A stretch of 64,000 bases of DNA from Chiloscyllium plagiosum (lineage: Eukaryota): assembly GCF_004010195.1 (NCBI RefSeq), contig NC_057750.1, positions 9,272,163 through 9,336,162 of the forward strand, written 5' to 3'. The translations under genes were made by a program, and so were the position numbers. Every line of letters starts with the position of its first letter. Positions within the stretch are counted from its first letter, which is position 1. Below are positions 1-12,669 of this stretch, piece after piece. Below the pieces are notes generated by a model. That model saw only the letters and a list, made by a program, of their open reading frames with translations. It was not told the origin of the DNA and ran no database searches.

Positions 1-267
1 ACAACCGAGTGTTACAAGGGGACATAAATTTACGGTGAAGGGTGGAAGGTATAGGGGAGATGTCAGGGGTGGGTTCTTTACCCAGAGAGTGGTGGGGGCA
101 TGGAATGCGCTACCTGTGGGAGTGGCAGGGTCAGAATCATTGGTGACCTTTAAGCGGCAATTGGATAGGTACATGGATGGGTGCTTAAGCTAGGACAAAT
201 GTTCGGCACAACATCGTGGGCTGAAGGGCCTGTTCTGTGCTGTATTGTTCTATGTTCTATGTTCTAA
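1..267 (+). mobile_element. CR1-like LINE 3' end with (TTCTATG)n tail
   Basis: CR1 ORF2 terminus (FFTQRVVGAWNALP), then GGGCTGAAGGGCCTGTTCTGTGCTGT and a TTCTATG tail. Confidence 0.85.
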
Positions 268-399
268 TTCCAGCCTTGGGGTGATTGTTTGTGGTGAGTT
301 TACACGTTCTCCCTGCAGTGGGTTTCTTTCTGCAGTCCAAAGATGTGCAGGTTAGGTGGATTGGCCATGGGAAATGCAGGGATAGGGTGGGATGCTATC

Positions 400-665
400 T
401 GAAAGCAAAAATGCTGGAAATCACAGCAGGTCAGGTGCATCTGTGGAGAGAGAACAAGCTAATGTTTCGAGTCCAGATCAGCTCTGATGAAGAGTCATCT
501 GAACTTGAACCATCAGCTTGCTCTCTCTTCACGGATGCTGCCTGACCCACTGTGATCTCCAGGCAGTTTTTTGTTTTCAGGACAGTAAAATGCTGGAAAT
601 CACAACAGGTCAGGCAGCATCCGCGGAGAGAGAGAGCAAGCTAATATTGTGAGTCTAGATCTTCA
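400..665. mobile_element. PLE-derived fold-back element with decayed hammerhead, plus adjacent half copy
   Basis: Inverted arms (GGTCAGGTGCATCTGTGGAGAGAG / CTCTCTTCACGGATGCTGCCTGACC) around AGCT-CTGATGA-AGAGTC..GAAC..AGCT. Confidence 0.65.
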
Positions 666-1049
666 GAGGGTCAGTGTGGACCAGATGGGCCAAATGGCTT
701 GCTTCCACACTGTAGGGATTCTATGATTCTTGTTAATCTTCTGCATTCTTTGCGTGAGCACAAGTTGTTTTGAATGTTAACAGTTTTAAGTTTTACCATG
801 TTAAAAAATACTTTACCTTTCCATTCTTGTGACCAAACTGTTAAAAGTTTTGCGTTTACCCACATTGTGCTCCATCTGCCATCTTGTTGCTCACTCACTC
901 ACTTAACCTGCCTGTATCTCATTGCAACCTCTCTGTGTCCTCCTCACAGCTTACGTTTCCACCTTCACCCTCCAATGAAGGGGCAATGTTCAGTTGGCAA
1001 GGCAGATCCACATCAATGTCCATGAGACAGGGAGATGGGCAATGAGGTG

Positions 1050-1375
1050 AGATGAGATTCCCTACAGTGTGGAAACAGGACCTTCAGCCCATCAAGTCCA
1101 CACCGACCCTCTGAAGAGTAGCCCACCCAGACTCATTTCCCGCCATTTACCCCTGACTAATGCACCTAACACAATGGGCAATTTAGCACAGCCAATTCAC
1201 GTGGCCTGCACATCTTTTGGATTGTGGGCCAAATCCGAAGAACCCAGAGGGCACCCATGCAGACACGGGGAGAATGTGCAAACTCCACACAGACAGTCGC
1301 CCGAGGCTGGGATTGAACCTGGGTCCCTGGTGCTGTGAGGCAGCAGTGCTAACCACTGAGCCACCGTGCCACCCA
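1050..1375 (-). mobile_element. HE1-like tRNA-derived V-SINE
   Basis: A/B-box head GGTGGCTCAGTGGTTAGC..GGTTCAATCC, V-domain GTGTGGAGTTTGCACATTCTCCCCGTG, CR1-derived tail. Confidence 0.9.
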
Positions 1376-1920
1376 TTGGGCGTAGACCTGTCACTGCCTG
1401 GAATGTCAAAACAGGATGAGGCCATTCAGCATCTGGAGCCTGTGTTGCTATTCAAGTAAATAGTGGCTGATCCTTTAAGTAAACTCCATTTATTCGAGTA
1501 GCTTCTCCAGCCATTTCTATACATTCCCAACAAGTATACATCAATCTCAATTTAGAAATTGTAAATTGACTCCCAGGCACGACAGGGTTTTATTCCTGGG
1601 AGTGGGGTGTGTCAGTGACCATACAATGCTGGTAAATGTGAGGTTGTCCATTTTGATAGGAATAACAGCAAAAGGGACTGTTATTTAAATGGTGAACAAT
1701 TGCAGCTGTGCAGAGGGATCTTGGTGTCCTTGTGGATGATCACAAAACGTTGGTTTGCAGGCGCAGCAGGTAATTAAGAAGGCAAATGGAATATTGTCCT
1801 TCATTACTAGAGGGATGGAGTTTTAAAAGGGGGGGGGGGGGATGCTGCAGCTGTACAGGGTGTTGGTGAGGCCACACCTGCAGTGCTGTGTGTAGATTTG
1901 GTCTCTTTACTTGAGAAAGG

Positions 1921-4900
1921 GAGGGTTTTGGATACCTAGATAATTAGGGCTCATTCTGAGGTAGTTGGGACCTCTACAAACAAGATGGTCTTCACCTGAA
2001 CCAGAGGGTACCAATATCCTGAGGGGGAAATTTGCTAATGCTATTTGGGAGGGTTTAAATTAATTCAGTGGGGGGAATGGGAACCTAAATTGTAGTTCCA
2101 GTGCTCAAGAGGTTGAGAGTAGTGAGGTCAGAAACATGGTTTCAAGGTCACATGAGTTCACCGGCAAGCAGGAAGGTGGTTTGAAGTGTGTCTACTTCAA
2201 TGCCAGGAGCCTGAATAAGGTGGATCAACTTGCAGCGTGGGTTAGTATCTGGGACTTTGATATTGTGGCCATTTCGGAGACATGGATAGAGCAGGGACAG
2301 GAATGGTTGTTGCAGGTTCTGGGATTTAGATGTTTCAGTAAGAACAGAGGAGATGGTAAAAGAGAGGGAGGTGTGGCATTGATATTCAAAGACCGTATTA
2401 CAGTGGTAGAAAGAACATTTTGAGGATACGTCTACTGAAATAGTATGGACTGAGGTTAGCAACAGAAAAGGGGAGATCCTTTTCTGGAGTTTTCTGTAGG
2501 CCTCTGAATAGATATAGAGGAAAGGATAGCAAAGATAATTCTGGATAGGAGCGAAAGTAGCAGTGTAGTTGTTATTTAGATTAGATTAGATTCCCTACAG
2601 TGTGGAAACAGGCCCTTTGGTCCAACCCGACCCTCTGAAGAGTAACCCACCCAGACCTACTTCCCTCTGACTAATGCACCTAGCACTATGAGCAATTTAG
2701 CACGGCCAATTCACCCTGACCTGCACATCTCTTCTGTGGGAGCAAACCCACACAGACACGGGGAGAATGTGCAAACTCCACACAGACAGTCGCCCGAGGG
2801 TGGAATCGAACCTGGGACCCTGGTGCTGTGAGGCAGCAGTGCTAACCACTGAGCCACCGTGCTGTCCTATGGGGGCTTGCTGTAGTTCAAGTACTTTAGA
2901 TGGGTCAGTTTTTGTCCAATGTGTGCAGGATGGTTTCCTGACACAGTATGTAGACAGGCTAACAAGAGGTGAGGCCACATTGGATTTGGTACTGGGGGTA
3001 ATGAAACTGGCCAGGTGTTAGGAGTTGGAGATTTGGTAATAGCGACCACAATTTGGTTAAATTTACTTTAGTGATGGAAAGGGATAGGTATATAACGCAG
3101 GGCAAGGGTTAGTGCTGGGGGAAAGGCAATTATGATGCGATTAGGCAAGATTTAGGATGCAAGGATGGGGAAGGAAACTGCAGGGAATGGGCACAATTGA
3201 AATGTGGAGCTTATTCAAGGAACAGCTACTGCGTGTCCTTGATAAGTATGTACCTGACAGGCAGGGAGGAAGTGGTTGAGCAAGGGAACTAGAGAAGTTG
3301 AATTTCTTCTCAAGAGGAAGAAAAAGGCTTGCATAAGGATGAGACGTAAAGGCTCCATTGGAGCGCTTGAGAGTTACGGGTCAGCCAGAAAAAAAACTAA
3401 AGAGAGCCAGGAGGGGACATGAGAATTCATTGGCAGGTAGGATCAAGGAAAACCCTAAAGCTTTCTGTCGGCATTATCAGGAATAAACAAATGGAGAGAA
3501 AGATTAGGGGCCAGTCAAGGATAGTAGTGGGAAGTTGTGTGTGGAGTCTGAGGAGATAGGGGAAGCACTAAATGAATATTTTTTTTGTCTTTTTCCAGTG
3601 TGAATACTGACAATGTTGTCGAGGAGAATACTGAGATACGGGCTACTAGACGAGACAGGGTTGAGATTCACAAGGAGGTGGTGTTAGCAATTCTGCAAAA
3701 CTGAAAATAGACAAGTCCCCGAGACTGGATAGGATTTATCCTAGGAATCTCTAGGAAGCTAGGGAGGAGACTGCAGAGCATTTGGCTTTGATCTTTGTTG
3801 TTATTGTCTACAGGAATACAGCTTCTGTAGTGCCAGAAGACTGGAGGATAGCAAATGCTGTTCCCTTCTTCAAGAAGAGGGGGGGGGGCATTGAGACAAC
3901 CCTGGTAATTATAGACCAGTGAGCCTTACTTTGGTTGTGGATAAAGTGTTGGAAAAGATTATAAGAGATAGGATTTATAATCACCTAGAGAGGAATAAGT
4001 TGATTAGGGATAGCCAACACAGTTTTTTGAAGGGTCGGTTGTGTCTCTCAAACCTTACTGAGTTTGAGATGGTGACCAAACAGGTGGATGAGGGTAAAGC
4101 AGTTGATGTGGTGTACATGGATTTTAGTAAGGCATTTGGTAAGGTTCCCCACGGTAGGTTATTACACAAAATATGAAGGCATGGGATTGAGGATGGTTTA
4201 GCAGTTTGGGTCAGAGATTGGCTGGCTGAAGAAGACACTGTGGTGGTTGATGGGAAATGTTCATCCTGGAGTTCAGTTACTAGTGGTGTACCACAAGGGT
4301 CTGTTTTGGGTTCACTGCTGTTTGGTCACTTTTATAAATGACCTGGATGAGGGCATAGAAGGATAGGTTAGTAAACTTGTGATGATACGAAGGTCGGTAG
4401 AGTTGTGGACAGTGCTGAAGGATGTTGCAGGTTTCTGAGGGGCACAGAAGCTGCAGAACTGGGCAAATGGAGTTTAATGAGGAAAAGTGAGATGATTCAC
4501 TTTGGAAGGAGTAGCAGGAATACAGAGTACTGGCCTAATGGTAAGATTCTTGGTAGTGTAGATGAGCAGAGAGATCTCGCTGTCCATGTGCATAGATACC
4601 TGAAAGTTGCCACCCAGGTTGAAAGGGTTATTAAGAAGGGATACGGTGTGTTAGCTTTTATTCGAAGAGGGATTGAGTTTCAGAGCCACAAGGTCATGTT
4701 GCACCTATACAAAACTCTGGTGCGGCCGCACTTGGAGTATTGCGTACTGTTCTGGTCACCTTTATAGGAAGGATGTGGGAGCTTTGAAAGGGTTCAGAGA
4801 AGATTTACTAAGATATTGCCTGGTATGGAGGGAAGGTCTTGTGAGGAAAGACTGATGGACTTGAGGCTGTTTTCGTTAAAAATTTGAGGGTGACTTAATT

Positions 4901-5246
4901 GAGATATATAAGATAATCAGAGGGTTGGATAGGGTGGACAGAGAGAGCCTTTTTCCTCAGATGGTGATGGCTAACATGAGGTGATATAGCTTTAAATTGA
5001 GGGGTGATCGATATAGGACAGATGTCAGAGGTAGTTTCATTACTCAGTCATAGGGGCATGGAACGCCCTGCCTGCAACAGTAGTAGACTCGCCAACGTTA
5101 AGGGCATTTAAATGGTCATTGGATAGACATATGGATGAGAATGGAATAGTGTATGATAGATGGGCTTCAGATTGGTTCCACCGGTCGGTGCAACATCAAG
5201 GGCCTATACCGCGCTGTAATGTCCCATGTTCTATGTTCTATGTTCT
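1921..5246 (+). mobile_element. Decayed CR1/HER1-like LINE: ORF1 esterase end, APE endonuclease, RT, 3' tail
   Basis: DGLHLN (SGNH esterase motif) near 1985. LKCVYFNARSL..DIVAISETW (APE). VDVVYMDFSKAFGKVPH and SGVPQGSVLG (RT). LVRPHLEYC. (TTCTATG)n tail. Many stops and frameshifts. Confidence 0.9.
2576..2866 (-). mobile_element. HE1-like SINE inserted in the CR1 APE domain
   Basis: (TTAGA)n tail, V-domain and tRNA head interrupt the LINE. Confidence 0.9.
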
Positions 5247-6744
5247 AGGAAGGATGTACTGACGCTGAAGGGGGTGCAGGGGAGGTTCATTAGGTTGATT
5301 CCAATGTTGGATTATGAGGAGAGACTGAATATGAGACTGAATGGGCCTATACTCATTGGAATTTCGAGCAATGTGGGGATCTTACAGAAGCTTATGAAAT
5401 GATGAAGGGAGTAGTTGATGTAACAGCAAGGAAGTTGTTTCCACCGGTGGGTGAAACTAGAACTAGGGGCACAGCCTCAAAATAAGGGGGGGATCAGATT
5501 TCAGACTGAGCTGAGGGGGAACTTCTTCACCCAGAGGGTTGTGAATCTGTGGAAATCCTCACCCCAGGGAAGGCTTCCTTGTTGAATGTTTTTAAGGCAA
5601 AGACAGATAGTATTTTGAACAGTACAGGGATTAAGGGTTATGGTGAGCGGGTGGGTAAGTGGAGCTGAGTCCACAATAAAGCCATGATCTTATTGAATGG
5701 CGGAGCAGGCTGGAGGGGCCAGATGGTCTACTCCTGCTCCTGGTTCTTATGGTGAGCTAATTCCAGATTTGCACTACCCTGTGTGTGTGTGTGTGTGTGT
5801 GTGAAGAATGTCACTTCTTCTGAGTGGCCTGCTCCAGCGTTAAGGTTGGAACACACAGTTCTCTTGATGGCCTTTGGCAACATTTTGTTTAGGGATCATC
5901 ACTCATGTCCAGACACTGGCAATGTCATGTGACACAGTCAACCTAAATTCATTAGCCTGATCTCTTTGAAGTCAATAGACCATGAAGATGCCACTCTATA
6001 GACATATGGTAGAGGATCTCTGTGCCTATCTGTAAAATGTACAAAGACTAGAGTGCTTTGAGAGCACTGTTTAATAGTTGCATCTGCAATGGACACAGTC
6101 ACTCCTAGTGCTGGCTGTCTCTGCTTTCTGTACACCTCTAAATACTATTTTGGGTAAACCAAATTAATGGATAAAAAGCAAACAAAAGCAAAATGAAACT
6201 GTCCCTTGGGGGATAATGTAATCTAAATGAAAATGTCAATTATGGGAAACCTAACACACCCCATGTCCTGCAGTGCCCCATCTGCCAAGCGATGCTCTTT
6301 ACCCATCTCAACCAAACCAAACGAAATAGAATAAACTCATTCACGGTACTGTATCTTAACAAAGAAAGCTAGAGGATTCGAGTGAAATGTAATTGGTGGA
6401 GGGGGCGGGGGAAATAGTGTACCTGGCAGTGCTCACAAAAACTTTCATTCAGCATGATTACCTAATCAATACCCATAATTTATTGATCTTGTTATCTGCA
6501 AGTGATTTAACATCCATCAACTAAACCTATTGGATACTCACTGTTAGCACTTAATCCTGGCTGGAGAGAGTCTTGTGGGACAATGGTATTGTCTCTATCT
6601 CTGGGCCAGAAGGTCCAGGTTTAAGCCCCAGGGGTCCAAGTAAGTTTATTTAAAAATACCTAGTGGTCTAGGGTACTGGAGTAAGGCTCCAGTCTCTTTG
6701 GAGGCACACGTTTTAATCCCACTGTCGATGGTAGTCTGTCCTGG

Positions 6745-6983
6745 AATCCATATGGTGTGGAAGCAGGCCATTTGGCCCATTAAATCCACACCACCTCCAA
6801 AGAGTATCCCTGTAACCCTGCATTTTCCATGGCCAATCCACCCTCACCTGCACATCTTGGGAGGAAACCCATGCAGACACGGGGAGAATGTGTAAACTCC
6901 ACACAGACAGTCACCCGAGGCTGGAATGGAACCCGGGTCCCTGGCACCGTGAGGCAGCAGTGCTAACCACTGAGCCACCACGT
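6745..6983 (-). mobile_element. HE1-like SINE
   Basis: Same head, V-domain and tail. Confidence 0.85.
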
Positions 6984-7274
6984 TCTTTAGATTTGGGTAA
7001 ATGAGCTCTGCTCTATTGTGTTCTTGAGGTACGGTGGTAGCATTCCTACCTTTGGACCAGGAGGCCCAGGTTCAAGTTCTACTAGCTCCAGATGTATCAA
7101 TATCTGGACTGTTTGACTAAAAGTATTGACAATCCTACATACTCTGTAAGTTGGATCCCAGGCAACACAGCGGGAGTGCTGCACTGTTGGGAGGTGGTGT
7201 TTTTCGATAAGACATGCATCCCAGGCCTCTTCTGCTTTATCAGGTGCAATTAAATGATATCGTGGGCACTTTTG

Positions 7275-7615
7275 TTTAATTCATTCCCAGGATGAGGGCC
7301 TCTCTGGCTAGGCCTGCATTTATTGCTCATCCCTAATCGTCCAGAGGGGTGTTGGGAGTCAACTACATTGCTGTGTGTCTGGAGTTCAATGTACACCAGA
7401 TGAGGAAAGGATGGCTGTTTCCTTCCCTAAAGGCCATTCGTGAACTGAATGGGATTTCCCCCAACAATGGATCCATGGTCACCATTAGATTTTTAATTCC
7501 AGATTTGTTATTGAATGCAAACTTCCTCAGCTGCCGTGGCGGGATTTGAACCCAGGTCCTCAGAACATTACCTGGGATTCTGGATTAACAGTCCAGCCAT
7601 ATTACCACCACCTCC
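7275..7615 (-). mobile_element. Second tRNA-SINE family (tail GGGATGGGCAATAAATGCTGGCC)
   Basis: Similar copies near 18020-18380(+), 19435-19785(-), 20940-21290(-), 35610-35875(-) and 55798-56668(+). Confidence 0.8.
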
Positions 7616-7746
7616 CCGCTATGCTGAAGGAGACCAGGGAAGTTCTCGGAGTGTTGGGTCAATATTTATCCTGTGACCAACATCGCGAAATGCAGTTGAT
7701 TTGATTATTTTCTCATGGCGTGTCAGTTGGTTGCCACATTTCCCAA

Positions 7747-7949
7747 GATTAAAGTGGTGCTGGAAAAGCACAGCAGGTCAGGCAGCATCCGAGGAGCAGG
7801 AGAATCGACGTTTCAGGCAAAAGCCCTTCATCAGAATAATGCCTGAAACATTGATGTTCCCGCTCCTCGGATGCTGCCTGACCTGCTGTGCTTTTCCAGC
7901 ACCACTCTGATCTCGATTCTAATCTCCAGCATCTGCAGTACCCACCTCC
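7747..7949. mobile_element. PLE family A fold-back insert with 14-bp TSD and minus-strand hammerhead
   Basis: TSD GCCACATTTCCCAA at 7733-7746 and 7950-7963. Inverted arms. CTGATGA-A-GGGC-TTTT-GCCT-GAAA-CG-TC on the minus strand at about 7803-7837. Confidence 0.85.
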
Positions 7950-8609
7950 GCCACATTTCCCAAAATACAACAAGAGCTACAGTCGAACGTTGCCTGCAAA
8001 GTGCTTCAGTCCTTCTTGCGGGTTGCTATATAAATGCACATCTTTGCTGACTCCTGCCTCTGAACGTGCTACCCTCCCCCCACCAGAAAGATTCCATGCA
8101 GCTGCTCTTAAGAACAAAGAAAATGTACAGCCCAGGAACAGGCCATTCGGCCCTCCAAGCCTGAGCCGTTCCAAATGTACTGTCTCGACCTGTCGGCCAA
8201 TTCCTAAGCATCTGTATCCCTCTACTCCCCACCTACTCGTGCATCTGTCCAGATGCATCTTAAATGAATCTACTGTGCCTGCCTCTACCACCTCCGCTGG
8301 CAACGCGTTCCAAACGCCCACCACCCTCTGATTGAAGTGGCTATTGACCCACAAGTGCTGCACGTTCTACAGACAGATCATTACCAACTGTGTTGAGTGA
8401 GCTCCTCTTCCAAAAAATACAAGGGTGATGAAGAAGGATCTGAAGCCATCTTGTGACCTGTGTGGTTCAGCTATTTGTTGGACCCAGACCCTAAAATGTT
8501 AAAAAGCTGAGCTTTGAGTACTGTTTGAAGAGCCACAAATTGTTTACCTCCCTCTCGATCCACCCTGGGGTGAACATTCCACATTCAATGCGGCCTTGAG
8601 GGCTGAGTA

Positions 8610-9030
8610 ATAACTTGCATTTCTATAGCGCCTACAGGGGGGTTGACCTAATAAGATTTAGCACTCCACCAATCAGAAGGAACAAGGACAGGTGATCAAA
8701 AGCTTGGCCGGTTTTAAGGAGCGTCTTAGAGGGACAAGGAGGTTTAAGGGGGGAGTTTCAGAGCCTGGGGCCCAGAAAGGCCTACTCCCCAGTGGCAGAG
8801 CGATTAAAATCGTAAAAGAACGCAGTCAGTTGGAATCAGGGGAGTGCAGAAATCTCAGGAGGAATGGGGGGGGGGGTCGTGGGGGTACTGGTGTTTCAGG
8901 ACTGTGGAGGCTCAGAGTGACAGGGGTTGAGGGAGGTATGCGAAGGCAGAGAAGGATTCAAAGGAGAATTTTAAAATGGAGCCGTTGCCGAGCGGATGAA
9001 CACAAGGGGGTGACGGCACAATGGGATGGA
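8610..9030 (-). mobile_element. L2-like LINE 3' relic
   Basis: AACTTGCATTTCTATAGCGCC tail and TTTTAAGGAGCGTCTTA body. Similar relics near 25000-25870, 31000-31190 and 53560-53810. Confidence 0.55.
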
Positions 9031-9609
9031 GGGGATTTGCAGGCAGTGGATCCTCTCTCCTTTTTTTCAGTCTAAATCTCCTTGGAAGGAGCTAGAATGT
9101 TTCGCGCAAGCATTGGTTCCCATGAGCCCTGGTTGCCGTGGCAACTAAGCTGCTGCTTTCACACACGGAATAGAATGGGGCTCGGAGTCTGTGTCAGGCA
9201 GAAGGACAATGGTGTTACGGGGTGGGGGTGGGGGGTGTCCTGTGTGTGTGGGGGGGGAATGCTGTAGGTCAGCCATTATACAAATGGCTCAGAGAATTAG
9301 CGGGCTGAGCCTTTGGAACAGCATTGTACACCACCTATCATTGGCGCTGAGCAGAGACAGGCGAGATGTTATATCAGAGTGCACTAAGCAACCATTATCA
9401 GATTCTTTCCTCCTCCTTCCCCCACCCACCCCCTCCTCTATTTCCTCTGCCTTCTGTGTCATCTAGGAAGGGTATCGGACAGTCCCTTGTTGCCCTCCAT
9501 CTTGCACATTTTTACCCAGCCGCATTTCTCTCCAGAAGATGCAGGCTCCTGTTTTCTCTCTCTCTCTCTCGCTCTCACATATGAAGCTGCGTTGCTCATG
9601 TCGTGAATG

Positions 9610-10180
9610 TCATAGAGTCACACAGCACGGAAACAGACCCAACCAGCCTATGCCGATCATAATCCCAAACTGAGCTAGTCCCACCTGCCTGCTCCTGGCC
9701 AATATCCTGCCAAACCTTTCCTACTCATGAACTTATTCCAAATGTCTTTCCAAATGTACCCACGTCCACCATACCCTCAGGAAGTTCCTTTCACATGTGA
9801 ACTACTTTCTGTGTTAAAAAAGTTGCCCCTCATGTCTTTTTAAAATCTTTCTCCACTCACCTTAACAATATGCCCCCTTGTCTTGAAATACCCCACCCTA
9901 GGGAAGAGACACCTACCATTAACCTTGTCTATACCCCTCATAATTTAATCTATCAGGTCGCCTCTCGATCTTCCAGTTAAAAAAAAAGTCCCAGCCTATT
10001 CAGCCTTGCTTTATAACTCAAACCTTCCATACCCGGCAACATCCTGGTAAATCCCTTCTGAGCCCTCTCCGGTTTAATAATATCCTTCCTATAACTGGGT
10101 GACCAGCACTGGACACAGGAGAGGTGTCAGCAACGTTCTGTAAAACCTCAATATAACGCCCCAACTCCTCCATGCAAAGT
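9610..10180 (-). mobile_element. CR1/HER1 3' fragment
   Basis: Reverse complement of the CR1 tail and ORF2 end. Confidence 0.85.
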
Positions 10181-10444
10181 TCTTGGCTTATCATTTGAGA
10201 GAAGTCAGTGAAGGGGAGCGGGGGAGGTGACTGGCAAGGGGAGAAGGGAACCCACTGTGATCTGTAATATTCCCTTGCCCCCCAACCCATTCCCTGTGTT
10301 CTCTGTCAGAAACCACAGGTTGGTCAACAGCTTTTATATAGCATGTTTCTCAACACCAGAATGCCCCAAAAGTCAATGCAGCCGTTCTTGAAGTGTGGAC
10401 ATTGAGGCAGTAACTCTGTGCACAGCAAGATCCCAAAAACACCC

Positions 10445-11130
10445 ACAAGGCATAAGTCAGGAGTATGATGGAACATTGCCCACTCGCTTGGACGGGTGCA
10501 GCTCCAACAACATTCGAGAAGCTTGACACCATCCCGGACAAAAAAAACCTGCTTGATTGGCACCACATCCACTTTCTCCACCATCGATGCTCAATAACTC
10601 ACCTCCTGTCTCCCAGAGGCCTGCCCACCATCTCCAAGGTACAAGTCAGGAGTGTGAGGGAATACCCCCCACTTGCCCTGGATGGGGGCAGCTCCAACAA
10701 CACTCGAGAAGCTCAACACCATCCAGGACAAAGCAGCCCCCACTTGATTGGCCCCACATCCACTCCCTCCACCAGCGACGTTCAGTAGCAGGAGTGTGTA
10801 CTATCTACAAGATGCACTACAGCAACTCATCAGTTTCCTTCAATAGTATTTTCCAAACCTGTGACCTTTACCATCTAGAAGGATACAGGTGGGAATATCA
10901 CCCCCCCCCTGCAAATTCCTCTCCAGGCCACATACAGTGCTGACTTGGAAATATATCGCCACTCCTTCATTTTCACTGGGCCAATATCCTGGATGTCCCT
11001 CTCTCACAGCGTTGTGGAGGTATCCATACCAAATGGCCTGCAGTAATTTAAGAAGGCAGCTCACCACTACCAGCTCTAGGGCAATTAGTGATGGGCAACA
11101 AATACTGACAGTTTTCAATGCCTTTGAATA
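10445..11130 (+). mobile_element. 3' part of second LINE family, with an internally repeated segment
   Basis: Matches 41940-42405. The segment AAGTCAGGAGT..CACATCCACT occurs twice. Confidence 0.7.
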
Positions 11131-11597
11131 AAAATATTAGGTCATTCAGAATCCAAAGAAGAGTAACTGGTTTTGTCTGCCTTTAGGGATGCTGCCAGAC
11201 CTGCTGAGTATTTCTAACCCTTCCTGTTTTCACTTCAGGTAACCGACGGCAACCTTTGGTTTGTGTGATTTTTCTTTCCTGATGTTGGGAAATGTTAGCT
11301 GGGAACACAGGGAGAACTCCCCTTGGCTGTGGGATTGTTTATGTTTGTATGAATGGGCGGATGGGGTCCCAATGCACCTCCGAGAGTAGAGTCCCCACTA
11401 GATTGTCAGGTCAAGACTCTGGAGCAGGCTAATAGCTCTCCCAGATTTTGGGAGAACTGACTGAGACTTTGCATCTTTTTAGGCGAAGTGAGGAAGAGAT
11501 CTCTATTGTGAGTGGGACATGCCCGGTATAATGTCCACCACTAATCCTTCATGCTGTTATCAGTCGAAGATATGAGTGGGAAAAACTGTCCATAGCA

Positions 11598-12287
11598 GAT
11601 TAGATTAGATTACTTACAGTGTGGAAACAGGGCCTTCGGCCCAACAAGTCCACACCGACCCGCCGAAGCGTAACCCACCCAGACCCATTCTCCTACATTT
11701 ACCCCTTCACCTAACACTACGGGCAATTTAGCATGGCCAATTCACCTCACCTGCACATTTTTGGACCGTGGGAGGAAACCGGAGCACCCGGAGGAAACCC
11801 ACGCAGACACGGGGAGAATGTGCAAACTCCACACAGAGAGTCGCCTGAGGTGGGAATTGAACCCGGGTCTCTGGCACTGTGAGGCAGCAGTGCTAACCAC
11901 TGTGCCACCGTGCCACCCAGCAGAAGATAGGCTCAACCTTGATGAATAGTAAATACGGTTATTACACATTACTAAGCGCTCAATGGTTAGCACTGCTACC
12001 TCACAGCTCCAGGGACCTGGGTTCGATTCCACCCTCAGATGACTGTCCATGTGGAGTGTGCACATTCTCCCCGTGTCTGTCTGGGTTTCCTCCGGGTGCT
12101 CCGGTTTCCTCCCACAGGATGTGGAGGTTCGGTGCATTGGCCATGCTAAATTGTGCAGGCTAGGTGGGTTAGCCATGGGAAATGCAGGCTTACAGGGATA
12201 TGGTAGGGGTATGGGCCTGGGTGTGATGCTCTTTGGTGGGTCAGTGTGGGATGAATGGCCTGCTTCCACACCGAAGGGATTCTATGA
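11598..12287. mobile_element. Two HE1-like SINEs head to head (11598-11918 minus, about 11975-12287 plus)
   Basis: Two oppositely oriented tRNA heads about 60 bp apart. Confidence 0.85.
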
Positions 12288-12669
12288 AGCCGATGGCTAC
12301 ATTACGTTTCAGATAGATGAAGGCCTCTTATGAGGTGGGAAGAGCAAGTGAGTTGCTACATGCTGTATAACACGAACTACGATCTGTAAAGCACTGTACA
12401 CGCTCTGGGGAACTGGTTAGCTCCCCCAAGGGTCAGTCCTTTACATTCTTATGGTATGGGGTCACCATCACCAGTGAGAATGGTCACCCCATCAAGTGCC
12501 AATTGGGCACTGATGTGGCCATTCCTTGATCAGTCAGTGTTATGACCAGATGGCACTGACCAGTCAGCAGTGGGCAGCAGTTGTGAGGCACTGTGCCACT
12601 GTGGAGGCCCCAAGTTGATGGTTGACATGCAGCCCTGACGACCAGGAGCAGAGGGAAGGTGGGGGAGAG

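Larger units (their letters stand above)
1625..5752 (+). mobile_element. Older CR1 3' fragment (about 1625-1920 and 5247-5752) split by a younger CR1 insertion
   Basis: RT C-terminal sequence (LVRPHL..) stops near 1920 and resumes at 5247 (GGAAGGATGTACTG). Confidence 0.7.
7160..8045 (+). mobile_element. Old Deu-domain SINE (SacSINE1/AmnSINE1-like) split by two younger inserts
   Basis: Pieces GGGAGTGCTGCACTGTTGGGAGG.. / ..CAATATTTATCC..CCAACATC.. / ..GCTATATAAATGCA resemble the Deu-SINE body and tail. Confidence 0.6.

Noticed and set aside
7747..7949. Family A/B/D palindromes as DNA-transposon MITEs
   Set aside because: Variable 13-15 bp TSDs, asymmetric arms with a one-sided tail, and linkage to GIY-YIG ORFs (A and D) indicate retroelement origin.
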